Shown: positions 1-11,052, counted from the stretch's first letter. The stretch: 64,000 nt of DNA from an uncultured Cyclobacteriaceae bacterium (GCA_943788615.1 CALSQY010000004.1:561790-625789); one strand, 5' to 3'. Made by a program: numbers and translations. Notes: a model not told the origin generated them from the sequence alone.

Positions 1-474
1 GGACTAAACACTCGTTATAATTGGCAGAATAATGACTTTGGACCTGTTGGATTTCTTGCTGACCAACAATCCAATGGTATAAATATAGGGGCCGCGCTTT
101 CTTGGAATCTGTGGGATGGAGGAAAGTCCAATACGCTCCGACAAAATACTAAAATAGCTCTAGAAAATGAATCCCTTTCAATGGATCAAACTTTATTAAA
201 TCTAGATCGCAATTTGAATAATGCATGGACCAGTTATCAAACGGCTTTATTTATCATGATGGCTCAAAATAAAAATCTAGAAACCAACCAACGTAATTTT
301 GAACGTACCAAAGAACAATACAACCTCGGGCAAATTACCTCAATAGCTTTCAGACAAGCCCAGCTTAATTTACTGAATGCACAGGTCAACTATAATAACG
401 CACGTTACAGTGCCAAAAAATCTGAACTCGGTTTACTTCAATTGAGTGGTGATCTTTTACAGGCGAATTTTTAA
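1..474 (+). CDS. TolC-family outer-membrane efflux protein, C-terminal part (5' end lies outside the window)
   Basis: Frame 1 is open from base 1 to TAA at 472-474. Coiled-coil style repeats (NLLNAQVNYNNARY, ELGLLQLSGDL) are typical of the second TolC/OprM repeat. Confidence 0.75.
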   Translation, partial: GLNTRYNWQNNDFGPVGFLADQQSNGINIGAALSWNLWDGGKSNTLRQNTKIALENESLSMDQTLLNLDRNLNNAWTSYQTALFIMMAQNKNLETNQRNFERTKEQYNLGQITSIAFRQAQLNLLNAQVNYNNARYSAKKSELGLLQLSGDLLQANF

Positions 475-2395
475 AAGCCTTTTTTTTAGCAATTTTTGAT
501 ACCATTTGATAAAAATAAATCAAAATGATCGTTAAAATCAATAGACCTATTAAACTACCTCCCAATGGATCATCGCTGATGGAAAAACTCCATTGAACCG
601 CTGTTAATACCGCAATTAAAATACCGATCAACGCCTCACCCGTGATGAGTCCTGAAGCCATTAATAAACCTGCGTTTTTAGCTTGATCCACAGAGATGGA
701 TTTTTGAGCTTTTTGATACCCCTTCTCAAGCAGCTAAGCAATCAATCCTCCTATAAATATAGATGAGTCAAATTCAAAGGGTAGATATAAACCAACCGCT
801 ACCGCTAAAACGGGCATTTTAAAATTGCTTTTTTTCCGTTTTAAATACTCATCTGCCAAAATGATTAAAACACCAATAAAGCCCCAGATAACAATGATAT
901 CCCAAGGTAAATTACCATCAAATATACCCGAAGCAACACTCATCATTAGGGTAGCTTGGGGTGCTGAGAGTGGATTGGGATGTAGCAACGTAGGTAGGCC
1001 TATTCCCTTAGATACCAATAATAACTTTAAAATAGGTGCGATGAGCAAGGTCCCCGAAACGACCCCTACCATTTGCATGATTTGCTGATTTCTTGACGTT
1101 GAACCTAAAATATGTCCTGCTTTCAAATCTTGCATATTGTCCCCCGCAATGGCTGCAGCGCAACAAACGATGGCTCCCACTAAAATGGCTCCCGCCGCTC
1201 CTTTTGCCGGATCACTAGTACCCATTAATAATAATAATAAAGCGGTAGTCAGTATAGTTGCAATAGTGACTCCTGAAATAGGGTTATTTGAAGAACCTAC
1301 CAGTCCCGCCATATAGTCCGCAACGGCAGAGAATAGAAACCCTGCAACAATCATGATCAGGACATGAATAGGGTGATTGGAACATCTTTTATATGGGTCA
1401 AGCAAGTTAAAAAGATGGGTATAGTCATGACCCCGATACCAATCAATACCCATGACATCGGAGTGTCTAATTCCGTTCTGGAGGTCGTTGAAAGGGATGT
1501 ACTTCCTTTTTTAAAAGCCTCAAGTGCTGCTTCAAGTGCTTGTCCAAGTGCGGATCGTAATCCCACTAATGCCCACAAACCTCCTACAATCATCGCACCT
1601 ACACCTAAATATCTAATATGAGAACTCCATATCTCTCCCCCTATTTGAACTGCTGAAAGCTCCTCAGGGGCACCTCTCAGTAAAATATATAGGGGAATAC
1701 CTACATACCAACTGATTACCCCTCCTAAAAAGACTAGAAAAGAAATATTTAACCTTACTATGTAGCCCACCGCCACGAGTGCAGGTGACAAGTTTAAACT
1801 AAAATAAAGATAATAACGCTCTTTGAGAAGTATGGCCTTTTCAAAGAGGCCACTCCATAGATTTAGCGCCTAAAAACCAAACTTATAAAGCCCCTAATAG
1901 ACTACCTATGATTAAATATTTTATCGAATCTCCACCCTTTTCTCCCGTCTTGAGGACTTCTGCCGTGGCCACACCTTCGGGAAAAGCGAGTTTTTCTTTA
2001 ACGATGAGCGCCTTTCGTAAAGGAATCGTAAATAAAACGCCCAAAACTCCACCGAAAATAGCAATCAAGGTGGTTTCTAGATAATTAAAGGACTCCCAAT
2101 AACCCATAATAACCAAAGTAGGTAGGGTGAAAATGATCCCTGCAGCTAAGGACTCTCCAGCTGATGCTGCAGTTTGAATCTAATTATTTTCAAGAATATT
2201 TGAATTTTTAAATGCCTTTAAAACAGCCATAGAGATGATCGCAGCAGGGGTAGATGCAGATACCGTCAATCCTGAAAAAAGTCCAAAATAAGCATTGGCT
2301 CATCCCAAAACAACGGAAAGTATCACCCCAATAATAACGGACTTAAGGGTCAACTCATTGCTCTTAGTCTCAGGTGAAATATAGAGTTTGTTCAT
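386..2395 (-). pseudogene. OPT-family oligopeptide transporter, disrupted by several nonsense codons and frameshifts
   Basis: Four ORF pieces (1883-2116, 1357-1791, 734-1453, 386-691) and the 2117-2395 leader read as one OPT protein (MNKLYISPE..., ENNxIQTAASAGESLAAG, MQDLKAGHILGSTSRNQQ). In-frame stops: TGA 2300-2302, TAG 2180-2182, TAG 1870-1872, TAG 734-736. There are at least two frame changes, near 1885 and about 1360-1450. Confidence 0.85.
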
Positions 2396-2495
2396 GATTT
2401 AAATAAAATTGATAATGAGAAGACAAAGATGAACTTCCTTTATTATGCTTTCCTATTTAAAATGACGAATTTATCTCAAAATATCATTAAACAAA

Positions 2496-4643
2496 TCAAT
2501 TTGGTCTTTTAACCCATTCCGCCATTAATCGGATGGACTCTTTGAGGTAAGGATCTTTACTGATTTTTGCTCTATCTGATTCTGCAAAAAAAAGTTCTGT
2601 TTTAGCAACTTCTTCATCAAGTTTTTTTGATGACTCATTGGCCTCAGCTTCTTTTTGACGCATCGATAAATTTAATGACATAGACTTATCTTCATTAGCT
2701 GCTCTCTGCTCATTAATATCGTTAACCAAATCTATCAGTTGTTTATCCTCTACTAAATGCTTTCTATATTCATCATAAAGGTCATCGAGAAGTTCAGACG
2801 AAACATCATAAGTAGATGAAAATTTAGAGGAACCTATCTCATCCCACGATAAAGCTGACGGACTTGAGCTCTCACCTACTTCGTCCGATGTGAAATAAGA
2901 AGGAAAGGCTATATCCGGTCTCACTCCGGTGCGCTGCGTACTGCTTCCAGAAGCCCTGTAAAATTTTGCCAAGGTCATTTTAAGCTGTCCAAGGCTGATT
3001 TCTTGATTTTTAACTTTATCTCTCAAATCTCTCAAATCATCATTTTTTGAAAATTGATTGACTGCAATCTGCCGGTTGATGTAATTCAAAACAGGACGCT
3101 CCAAGCTCAGTAGACTTTGAACTGTCCCTTTTCCAAAGCTGTTTTCACCAAAAATGACTCCTCTTTTGTAATCCTGAATGGCTGCTGCAAAGATCTCTGA
3201 AGCACTGGCACTGTATCTATTTTCTAATACAGCCAACGGTCCTTCATACATAACCTTGGAGTTATCATCTGACAAAACATCTATACTGTTGTCGGTATTG
3301 CGAACCTGAACCACGGGACCTGAAGGAATAAATAAACCAGTCAAATCTATTGCTTCATCCAATGAACCTCCTCCATTATACCTCAAATCAATAACTAATG
3401 CATCCATCCCTACCTTATTAAGACTGTCTAATAAAATACTCACATCTCGGGTCGTACTCTTGTAATCTTCAATACCTGCACTTCGCTCTTCAAAATCAAT
3501 ATAAAAACTAGGTAATGTAATCACACCCACTTGATAAGTCGCATCATCTTCAAAATAAGAAATGATTTCTCCTTTGGCTGATTCATCTTCTAATTTTATC
3601 TTTTCCCTAATCATGCGTATCGTATCAGGCAATGCCGTCAAATCACCCTTACTCAATGTCTGAATCCTTACTACTGTTCCCTTGGGACCTCTGATCTTTT
3701 GAACCACTTCATCTAACCTCAAACCCACTACGTCAACAAATTCACCGTAGTCTCCCTGAGCAACGGCTATGACTTTGTCTTTTTCGAAAATTCGCTTACT
3801 CTTAAACGCAGGACCGCCAGGCACGACTGAAACAATTTGTGTGTAATCTAGCTGCTGTCCTAATACTGCACCAATACCTTCTAGAGACAAACTCATATTG
3901 ATTTGAAAGTTGTCTGAGGTAATCGGTGAAAAATAACTCGTATGGGGGTCATAGGCCGAGGTTAAGGCATTTAAATAGACTTGAAAAACATCTTCACTCT
4001 TGTTTTGATACAAGGACTTGATCCGTCGCTCATTTCTATCTGATAATATTTTCTTCGCCTCATCCCAGTCTTTTTTTGCCAGCAATAAGTTCAAAGCCCT
4101 ACCTTTTACAATCAGACGCCATCGTTCATTGAGTTCTTCTGCACTGCTGGCCCAATCTATTTCATCAAGATCTAAATCATAGTATTCCTCCCTTTCATAA
4201 TCAAACCCTTTTTCCAACATTTCAGGGATACGTGCATACTGATCTAATACCCGCGTTTGGTAGAGATTAAATATTTGAAATCCAAAATCTAATTTTTCTG
4301 CTAATAATTCATCATCTAGTTGAAACTTGTACTTTTCAAAATAATCAAAATCTGATTGTAAGAAAAAAACTTTTGAGGGGTCTAATCCCTCAATATAATT
4401 GGCAAAGACTACCGCAGACAGTGAATCATTTAACTTTAATTTTCGATAATGGTATTTTTCAAGATATGCTAAAGTGATAAATAAAGCTTTTGAATGTTCT
4501 GGTAAGGGGACTAAAGTGACAAGCTCTTCCTCGGCGGCTGGCTGCTCTTGACCGGTTATTGTCGCCAAAACGGAAATTAGAACAACTAAATATATCAATA
4601 ATCTTATCTGCATTAAAAATAATTTAAAAATGTCTAATATCAA
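2496..4643 (-). CDS. S41-family carboxy-terminal processing (tail-specific) protease
   Basis: 715-aa ORF with an N-terminal signal/TM, a PDZ-like segment and an S41 core (LVIDLRYNGGGSLDEA, YSASASEIFAAAIQDY, GENSFGKGTVQ). The start may be the internal Met at 4613. Confidence 0.85.
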   Translation of the reverse strand: MILDIFKLFLMQIRLLIYLVVLISVLATITGQEQPAAEEELVTLVPLPEHSKALFITLAYLEKYHYRKLKLNDSLSAVVFANYIEGLDPSKVFFLQSDFDYFEKYKFQLDDELLAEKLDFGFQIFNLYQTRVLDQYARIPEMLEKGFDYEREEYYDLDLDEIDWASSAEELNERWRLIVKGRALNLLLAKKDWDEAKKILSDRNERRIKSLYQNKSEDVFQVYLNALTSAYDPHTSYFSPITSDNFQINMSLSLEGIGAVLGQQLDYTQIVSVVPGGPAFKSKRIFEKDKVIAVAQGDYGEFVDVVGLRLDEVVQKIRGPKGTVVRIQTLSKGDLTALPDTIRMIREKIKLEDESAKGEIISYFEDDATYQVGVITLPSFYIDFEERSAGIEDYKSTTRDVSILLDSLNKVGMDALVIDLRYNGGGSLDEAIDLTGLFIPSGPVVQVRNTDNSIDVLSDDNSKVMYEGPLAVLENRYSASASEIFAAAIQDYKRGVIFGENSFGKGTVQSLLSLERPVLNYINRQIAVNQFSKNDDLRDLRDKVKNQEISLGQLKMTLAKFYRASGSSTQRTGVRPDIAFPSYFTSDEVGESSSPSALSWDEIGSSKFSSTYDVSSELLDDLYDEYRKHLVEDKQLIDLVNDINEQRAANEDKSMSLNLSMRQKEAEANESSKKLDEEVAKTELFFAESDRAKISKDPYLKESIRLMAEWVKRPN

Positions 4644-4647
4644 GAAG

Positions 4648-5625
4648 TTAAGGATTCTGCTGATTCCAAACTAAAGCCGCTGCTCCCAAAATTGCTGCAT
4701 TTTTATCTATCATCCCAGAGGGCAATAACTTTACTTTTCCTTTGTAATAAGGTAAAAGATTGGCTTCAAGATATCGCTGAGTGGGTTCGAAAATCCATTT
4801 ACCTGATTTCGCCAAACCTCCCAGCAAAAAAATAGCCTCAGGATGGGAAAACGTAACGAAATCCGCCAACTGCTCTCCTAAAATTTTACCCGTCATTTCA
4901 AAAGCAGCACAAGCAATTTCATCGCCATGCTCTGCAGCTCTAGTTATATCTTCACCATGTAAATTATTAAAAGAATAATTTCTAAGCTCGCTATCAGATA
5001 CGGAATCTGAAAGTAATTCAAATATGGTCCGTTTTAATCCTGTTGAAGACACATAAGCTTCTAGCCCTCCTTTAACACCTAAACCGTCTAATCTACCCTC
5101 TCTATCAATAGAAATGTGACCCAATTCACCAGCCATGGCATCGTGTCCATAAATCAATGCCCCATTGGCGTAAATTCCTGATCCCAAACCTGTACCTAAT
5201 GTGATTACTATAAAATCACGCATCTTTTTGGCATCCCCATAGACTACCTCTCCAATAGCTGCTGCATTGGCATCATTGGTCATATAAATAGGCACATTAA
5301 AATGGGCCTTCACCTTACTCACAAAAGGAATGATTCCTTTCCATTCTAAATTAGCAGCATGCTCAATGGTCCCACGGTAATAATTCGCATTAGGAGCACC
5401 AATACCTAGACCCACCATCTCAAAATCAAAAAAAAGCTGTTTTTCTAAATATTGGATTTTTGATGCCAAAACTGACATATACTGATCTGCATCAGGATAT
5501 CCCTGAGTTGGGAAATCTAAATGAGCATACATTTCACCTTTTTTATCGACGAAGCCCACCTTGGTCAAGGTACCTCCAATATCAATCCCTACTGCTAATT
5601 TTTTTGACATTTTATCCTTAATCAT
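4648..5625 (-). CDS. ROK-family sugar kinase (glucokinase / N-acetylglucosamine kinase type)
   Basis: LAVGIDIGGT ATP-binding loop, ITLGTGLGSGI and GELGH motifs. It lies 4 nt upstream of the protease gene. The start may be Met at 5610. Confidence 0.85.
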   Translation of the reverse strand: MIKDKMSKKLAVGIDIGGTLTKVGFVDKKGEMYAHLDFPTQGYPDADQYMSVLASKIQYLEKQLFFDFEMVGLGIGAPNANYYRGTIEHAANLEWKGIIPFVSKVKAHFNVPIYMTNDANAAAIGEVVYGDAKKMRDFIVITLGTGLGSGIYANGALIYGHDAMAGELGHISIDREGRLDGLGVKGGLEAYVSSTGLKRTIFELLSDSVSDSELRNYSFNNLHGEDITRAAEHGDEIACAAFEMTGKILGEQLADFVTFSHPEAIFLLGGLAKSGKWIFEPTQRYLEANLLPYYKGKVKLLPSGMIDKNAAILGAAALVWNQQNP

Positions 5626-5882
5626 AATAACTAAGTTGCAATATGGTAATTGTTTAGATAATTAGGAATTGAAAAAAGGCAAATATTTTTTTTTAACAAA
5701 AAATATGAAAAATCTTTTAAAGAATTATTAAAGAGATTAAACCCGTCGTAATCGTAAACTCCTTTTGTAAGGCAGAATAGAGCAACTCCTAATCGATAGT
5801 TTTATCATGAAGCAACTGTCTTTTAGTTAAACGTCAATAAATTACCCTAATTGTACGTTTTTACCGGCAAAAAATAAATATA

Positions 5883-7028
5883 TTGTCAGCGAAAATAAAA
5901 ACAATTATGTCACTTGATTCACCAACACCTATATCGAACCGTCTTTATTCCTTAGATGCCTTACGTGGGTTTGATATGTTTTGGATCATGGGTGCGGAGG
6001 CAATTGTTCATTCAATCCATCAAGTAAATCAAAATCCCATCTGGGAAACCTTAGCTGATCAAATGATCCATCCTGATTGGCATGGATTTGCTTTTTATGA
6101 TCTAATATTTCCATTATTTCTTTTCATAGCAGGGCTGGCTTCACCTTACTCGGTGGTAAAAGAACTAGAATTAGGGAAATCTAAAAGTCAAATGACTTTA
6201 CGGATTATCAAAAGAACCATCATCCTCATTTTATTAGGTCTAATCATCAACCAAGGCATTCATATCATGCCCATTTCAGAAATCAGATTCGGTAGTGTAC
6301 TCGGCAGAATTGGCATCGCTTATATGTTTGCTAATTTCATATTTATTTACAGTAAAAAAGAATGGATGAACTACCTCTGGTTTGCAGGACTATTGATGGG
6401 TTATTATTTGATCCTGAAATTCACATCAGCCCCAGGTTTCCCGACAGGTGACCTTACACAAGCAGGAAACTTCGCCTCCTATCTCGATCGCCTCATCATG
6501 CCCGGTAAATTATATTTAGGCAATCATGACCCCGAGGGATTAGCTTCTTCACTACCGGCCATTAGTACCGGTATTTTGGGTATTTTAGTAGGAAATTACA
6601 TAAAAAACAATGCATCAAATGGTACAAAAAAGTGTCTTAGATTGGCCATTGTTGGCATCATTTTTATTTTAATTAGTCTTATTTGGAACCTGGATTTCCC
6701 CATAAATAAAAATCTATGGAGTAGTTCATTTGTGATGCTCACAGGTGGTATAAGTATCTTGCTTTTCACCCTATTCTACTATATCATTGACGTGAAAGGC
6801 TATCGGAAATGGGCCTATTTCTTCAAGGTCATAGGCGTAAATTCTATCCTGATCTATATATCTGGAACTTTTATTGATTGGGAATATACTACCCAAGGAT
6901 TATTTGGATGGATAGTAGAATGGATTGGAAACCCTTTCAGTATTGTCGCTATGTCTGTATTGTATGTGGGAGTAAAATGGGGATTCTTAAATGCCCTTTA
7001 CAAGATGAAAATCTTCTTGAAAGTTTAA
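5883..7028 (+). CDS. DUF5009 / heparan-alpha-glucosaminide N-acetyltransferase-like polytopic membrane protein
   Basis: RLYSLDALRGFDMFWIMG ... HPDWHGFAFYDLIFPLFLFIAG signature with about 10 hydrophobic spans. There is a TTG at 5883 and an alternative ATG at 5907. Confidence 0.7.
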   Translation: MSAKIKTIMSLDSPTPISNRLYSLDALRGFDMFWIMGAEAIVHSIHQVNQNPIWETLADQMIHPDWHGFAFYDLIFPLFLFIAGLASPYSVVKELELGKSKSQMTLRIIKRTIILILLGLIINQGIHIMPISEIRFGSVLGRIGIAYMFANFIFIYSKKEWMNYLWFAGLLMGYYLILKFTSAPGFPTGDLTQAGNFASYLDRLIMPGKLYLGNHDPEGLASSLPAISTGILGILVGNYIKNNASNGTKKCLRLAIVGIIFILISLIWNLDFPINKNLWSSSFVMLTGGISILLFTLFYYIIDVKGYRKWAYFFKVIGVNSILIYISGTFIDWEYTTQGLFGWIVEWIGNPFSIVAMSVLYVGVKWGFLNALYKMKIFLKV

Positions 7029-7262
7029 ACCAAAGCAGTCGCATCATTGGTCTCATAAAGTCTTAAACTTTGGATCAGGCCATAAGGCTATCCTTATACT
7101 AACAAGGCATAGCAACTCATAAGGCTTACTGAAAACACTGAAAAAAATTAGTCGATCCAATGATCATAAACCCGCTTTACTCCATTAATACTCTTTTCTT
7201 GTCAGTTCAGCCAAGACAGATGTCCTTGTGAAGACTTAGAGCCAATAAAGAATTAGAATAGA

Positions 7263-7673
7263 TTAGGACAAAGAAGCCTCTACTACAATCGAGACATCAA
7301 GTAATTTTGAAATTGGACAATTTAAACGTGCATCTTCTACCAAATCATTAAAGGTTTCTTGATCAATTCCAGGCACCTCAGCTTTGATTACTAATCGAGA
7401 CTCGTTGATTACAAAATCTTCCATTTTTATGGCACATTGAACGTCTAGTTTAGCTGGAGGGAAATCCCGTTCTGATAAGTTGAAACTTAACTTCATAGAA
7501 AAACAAGCTGCATGAGCAGCAGCAATCAATTCCTCAGGACTTCCACCTGGGGCGCCTTCAAATCTTGATTTTGATGTATACTTAACATCATTTAGTAAAT
7601 CACTCTCTGTTGACATCATACCATGTCCCTCAAGTCCGTTTCCATGCCAGATGGCCTTCGCTTTTTTGATCAT
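7263..7673 (-). CDS. OsmC-family peroxiredoxin
   Basis: 136 aa with the two conserved Cys contexts (AAHAACF and NCPIS) of OsmC/Ohr proteins. Confidence 0.8.
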   Translation of the reverse strand: MIKKAKAIWHGNGLEGHGMMSTESDLLNDVKYTSKSRFEGAPGGSPEELIAAAHAACFSMKLSFNLSERDFPPAKLDVQCAIKMEDFVINESRLVIKAEVPGIDQETFNDLVEDARLNCPISKLLDVSIVVEASLS

Positions 7674-8049
7674 AACTTTTTAAATTATATGATAAAATTA
7701 ACGAATTCAAATTCAATAAATGAAGAACAGAAAATAAAATTTAAACATTTTTAAAACACAAATTTGGCATTTAATCTCTTCCATCTCATTATAAAAAAAA
7801 TAGAAATTATTCATTAAGCTGAATAATTATGTCAATGCAATATATATTCAGTTTTTATACTCCATTTATCAGCTTACGAGTGGAAACATAATATGGCTGA
7901 AAAAGAAAAACCTTTCTGAAATTTCTGATCTAATGCTTTTTATGAATTGCTCATTCCGGTACTTTTTCAGCCTTCCAAATTACAAAAATTAAATTACCTA
8001 TCTTTAATCAAATTAATGAAGCTTTAAATACTAACTTTTTTTTTGAATT

Positions 8050-9786
8050 ATGGAAAGTAATAACTCCCTCTTTAAACTAATCATAATAACATTACTAACC
8101 GTATCATTAGGATCATGTTCTCAAAACAATGAGATCATGATCGAGGTTACCTATGATCCCGCTCTAGGTACGGAAGATTTTGACGGAAGGCTCCTAATTA
8201 TGATCTCCAAGGATACCGTTACCGAACCTCGGTTTCAAATCAATGATACAGATCAAACAGGTATTATATTAGGTAAAGATATTCAGCAATGGCTCCCGAA
8301 CACATCCATATCTTTCAGTAAGCAGATACTTGCCTACCCCATAGAAACCCTAGCAGACCTAGAAGCAGGTGATTATTTTGTTCAAGCACTTCTGCATAAA
8401 TATGAAACCTTTCAACTGGTAAATGGTCATACGGTACAATTACCCATGGACCAAGGCGAGGGGCAACATTGGAATATTAGCCCAAAAAACATTTACAGTA
8501 AACCCATTAAAGTCACTATAGGTAAAAAAGACAGCCCCATTCAAATAGTACTGACCAAGGAAATCCCTTCAATAGCGGCTGTTCAGGATTCTGAATATAT
8601 AAAACATATTAAAATTAAGAGTGAGCTACTCACTGAATTTTGGGGTAGACCTATGTACTTACAAGCCAATGTTCTGATACCCAAAGGTTTCTCGAAAAAT
8701 AATGCAGACCGTTATCCATTGATGGTTTTTCATGGACACTTCCCTAAAACAATAGGTGGATTTAGAACCGAACCACCCACCTCTCCAAAACAAGATACCG
8801 TCTATAGCAGTCGATTTGGCATTACCGGTTATCAATACATTCAAGAAAAAGAGGCTTATGACTTCTATCAGCAATGGGTATCAGAAGATTTTCCTCGTTT
8901 TTTAGTCCTTGAAATTCAGCATCAAAACCCCTACTATGACGATTCATACGCAGTAAACTCGGCCAACCTAGGGCCTTACGGCGATGCCATTACTTATGAG
9001 CTGATACCTCATATCGAAGACCTATTTAACGGCGTAGGAGAAGGTTGGGGACGTTTCCTTTATGGGGGTTCTACAGGCGGTTGGGAAGCTTTAGCGGCCC
9101 AAGTATTTTATCCTAAAGAATATAATGGATGTTTTGCGGCCTGCCCTGACCCCATTGACTTTAGGGCATATACTGTGGTAGATATATACAACGATGATAA
9201 CGCCTACTATACAGAAGGTGCTTTCAAACAAACCTTAAGGCCAGGTAAGCGTGATGGTAAAGGACACCTGCAGGCCTATTTGAAAGATATGAACCGTCGT
9301 GAGTATATCTTAGGAAACAAAAGTCGTTCCGGTGACCAATGGGACATTTGGCAAGCCGTCTATTCACCTGTCGGAGAAGATGGTTACCCAAAGCCCATTT
9401 GGAATAAGCTCACCGGTGAAATTGATCGGGAAGTGGCTAATTATTGGAAAGAAAATTATGATTTACGGTACATTATGGAAAGGGATTGGGATCAAATAGG
9501 GTATGACCTCGAGGGAAAAGTTCATATCTATTGTGGTGACATGGACAACTACTATCTTAATAATGCGGTGGTACTGACCGAAGAGTTCTTAGAAAGTACT
9601 ACTAGGCCCTATTACGGTGGTGAAGTGGCTTATGGCAATAACCAAGAACACTGCTGGAACGGAGATCAAGAAAATCCGAATTACCTCACGCGACTTCGCT
9701 ATAATAGCCTCTATTTAGACAAAATAAAGATTCTATTAAAGGCATCCGCACCCAAAACACATCACCTCAAAAATTGGGAACTTTAG
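8050..9786 (+). CDS. Lipoprotein with a putative esterase-type alpha/beta-hydrolase domain
   Basis: Lipobox LGSCS. YGGSTGGWEALAAQVFYP nucleophile-elbow-like motif (GxSxGG). 578 aa. Confidence 0.55.
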   Translation: MESNNSLFKLIIITLLTVSLGSCSQNNEIMIEVTYDPALGTEDFDGRLLIMISKDTVTEPRFQINDTDQTGIILGKDIQQWLPNTSISFSKQILAYPIETLADLEAGDYFVQALLHKYETFQLVNGHTVQLPMDQGEGQHWNISPKNIYSKPIKVTIGKKDSPIQIVLTKEIPSIAAVQDSEYIKHIKIKSELLTEFWGRPMYLQANVLIPKGFSKNNADRYPLMVFHGHFPKTIGGFRTEPPTSPKQDTVYSSRFGITGYQYIQEKEAYDFYQQWVSEDFPRFLVLEIQHQNPYYDDSYAVNSANLGPYGDAITYELIPHIEDLFNGVGEGWGRFLYGGSTGGWEALAAQVFYPKEYNGCFAACPDPIDFRAYTVVDIYNDDNAYYTEGAFKQTLRPGKRDGKGHLQAYLKDMNRREYILGNKSRSGDQWDIWQAVYSPVGEDGYPKPIWNKLTGEIDREVANYWKENYDLRYIMERDWDQIGYDLEGKVHIYCGDMDNYYLNNAVVLTEEFLESTTRPYYGGEVAYGNNQEHCWNGDQENPNYLTRLRYNSLYLDKIKILLKASAPKTHHLKNWEL

Positions 9787-9806
9787 AGAGAAGAATAGAA
9801 TTATCA

Positions 9807-9828
9807 AAGCGAGCATTATTACTCGCTT
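9807..9828. terminator. Hairpin between convergent genes (possible bidirectional terminator)
   Basis: aagcgag (9807-9813) and ctcgctt (9822-9828) form a 7-bp stem with an 8-nt loop and A/T-rich flanks. It lies between the stops at 9786 and 9855. Confidence 0.45.
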
Positions 9829-9854
9829 ATCTTATAAATTTCAAAAAAGATTAA

Positions 9855-10727
9855 TTAAAAATTGCCGGTCCATTGAATCGCATTTGCAAGCAAATGCTGA
9901 AAATTATGATGCCTAAATGTGATCGGTGAATGCCCCAGTGCAGTGTAAAATACCTTGCCCTTTTTTTGCTCGTGATACCAAACAATCGGATGGTCTTGCC
10001 CCATACCCCAATTTTTATCTTTTACAAGAAACCTGATATTCCCACTTAAATCATAAGTAGATTCATCTACAGTATACAGTACCGCAGTCGTTTGAGCTCT
10101 CGGATTGTCATAAAAACAATACCATTCATCGGCCAAATCAAAAGTATCTAGTAAACCTTCAGATAGCTGATGGTTCACAGCATCCATGTCTAAATACAAC
10201 ATTGCGGTGTCTAAATCTTGACCTATATTGTGATGCGAGAAATGAGCCTGAAGTACCTCATCTTCATACCATCCCCATTGATGAGAATCATCTCCTGCTG
10301 CATGAACACCAATAAATCCTCCACCGTCCTCGATCCATTGTTTAAAAATAGTCCGCTGATCATCCGTTAATACTTTTCCACTCGTATTGTTCCAGATTAC
10401 GACTTGAAAATGTGCCAATTGATGCTCATTAAATACGCCAGCATCCTCTGTCGCAAAAACCTTCCAGCCATTGTCATGACCCATTTGCTCAAAGATAGGC
10501 AAGGAAGCTTCGATCGCTGCAGAATGCCTAAATCCATTGGCTTTTGAAAAGACCAAAATTGATTTTTCACCTAAATTCAAGGGTAATTCGATGGGATCCG
10601 TATTGTAAAAGTTGATTCCCCGTTTTGCTTTATAAATGAAGGTTCCTATGAACAATAGGACACATAAAAAAACTCCGAAAAAACCACAAAAAAGATATTT
10701 TAATATTTTTTTCATTTGAAGTGTCAA
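9855..10727 (-). CDS. ThuA-domain protein with N-terminal membrane anchor
   Basis: GGGFIGVHAAGD ... WYHEQKKGKVFYTALGH pattern typical of the ThuA (trehalose utilisation-like) fold. Confidence 0.7.
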   Translation of the reverse strand: MTLQMKKILKYLFCGFFGVFLCVLLFIGTFIYKAKRGINFYNTDPIELPLNLGEKSILVFSKANGFRHSAAIEASLPIFEQMGHDNGWKVFATEDAGVFNEHQLAHFQVVIWNNTSGKVLTDDQRTIFKQWIEDGGGFIGVHAAGDDSHQWGWYEDEVLQAHFSHHNIGQDLDTAMLYLDMDAVNHQLSEGLLDTFDLADEWYCFYDNPRAQTTAVLYTVDESTYDLSGNIRFLVKDKNWGMGQDHPIVWYHEQKKGKVFYTALGHSPITFRHHNFQHLLANAIQWTGNF

Positions 10728-11052
10728 GTGAATGACAGAAAAGATGTTACTGATGCGTAAGATTTATTTGTCAACGTTCCTCACATATATTCATCAAAAA
10801 TATAAAATCCTATTATTGTGTTTTTTTACGCAAATAAAGATAGATACTTATATCTGGATTCAGCCATAAAATTTCAGGATTAAAAAAAACTACTCTGAGG
10901 ATCATTTACAATTAAAGTATGCTCTGATGGCTAATAAGAAATCACATAACTCTATATTGAATTGAACGACCTAGTCATCGGATCATACTTGCTCGTAAAA
11001 AATTTTTAATCATTCAAACTTATGTAGACCCTCAATCTTCTACAAATAAACC

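Noticed and set aside
825-1621. Track ORFs 825-1088 (+) and 1364-1621 (+), antisense to the OPT gene. The same applies to similar antisense ORFs elsewhere: 4781-4978, 8659-8874, 12658-12840, 16966-17178, 18198-18566, 18739-18927, 19491-19709, 19951-20133, 20882-21139, 21339-21527, 21692-21928, the 25567-27360 set, 31554-31772, 32973-33227, 35787-35972, 36362-36547, 38449-38758, 39029-39244, 42407-43000, 44298-44628, 47562-47807, 50010-50276, 52406-52636, 54133-54400, 59719-59919, 60415-60600, 61455-61931, 62768-63031 and 63345-63527.
   Set aside because: Each lies entirely inside, or antisense to, a longer ORF with clear family motifs. Their translations are low-complexity or show no recognisable motif. 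They are shadow ORFs.
734-2302. The in-frame TGA/TAG codons in OPT, and TGA at Trp positions in the IS fragment, might indicate stop-codon reassignment (for example UGA=Trp or UGA=Gly).
   Set aside because: The same codons terminate well-conserved intact genes at the expected ends. TGA ends the S41 protease at 2496-2498. TAG ends the FeoB G-domain gene. Trp is otherwise encoded by TGG throughout. The standard code fits.
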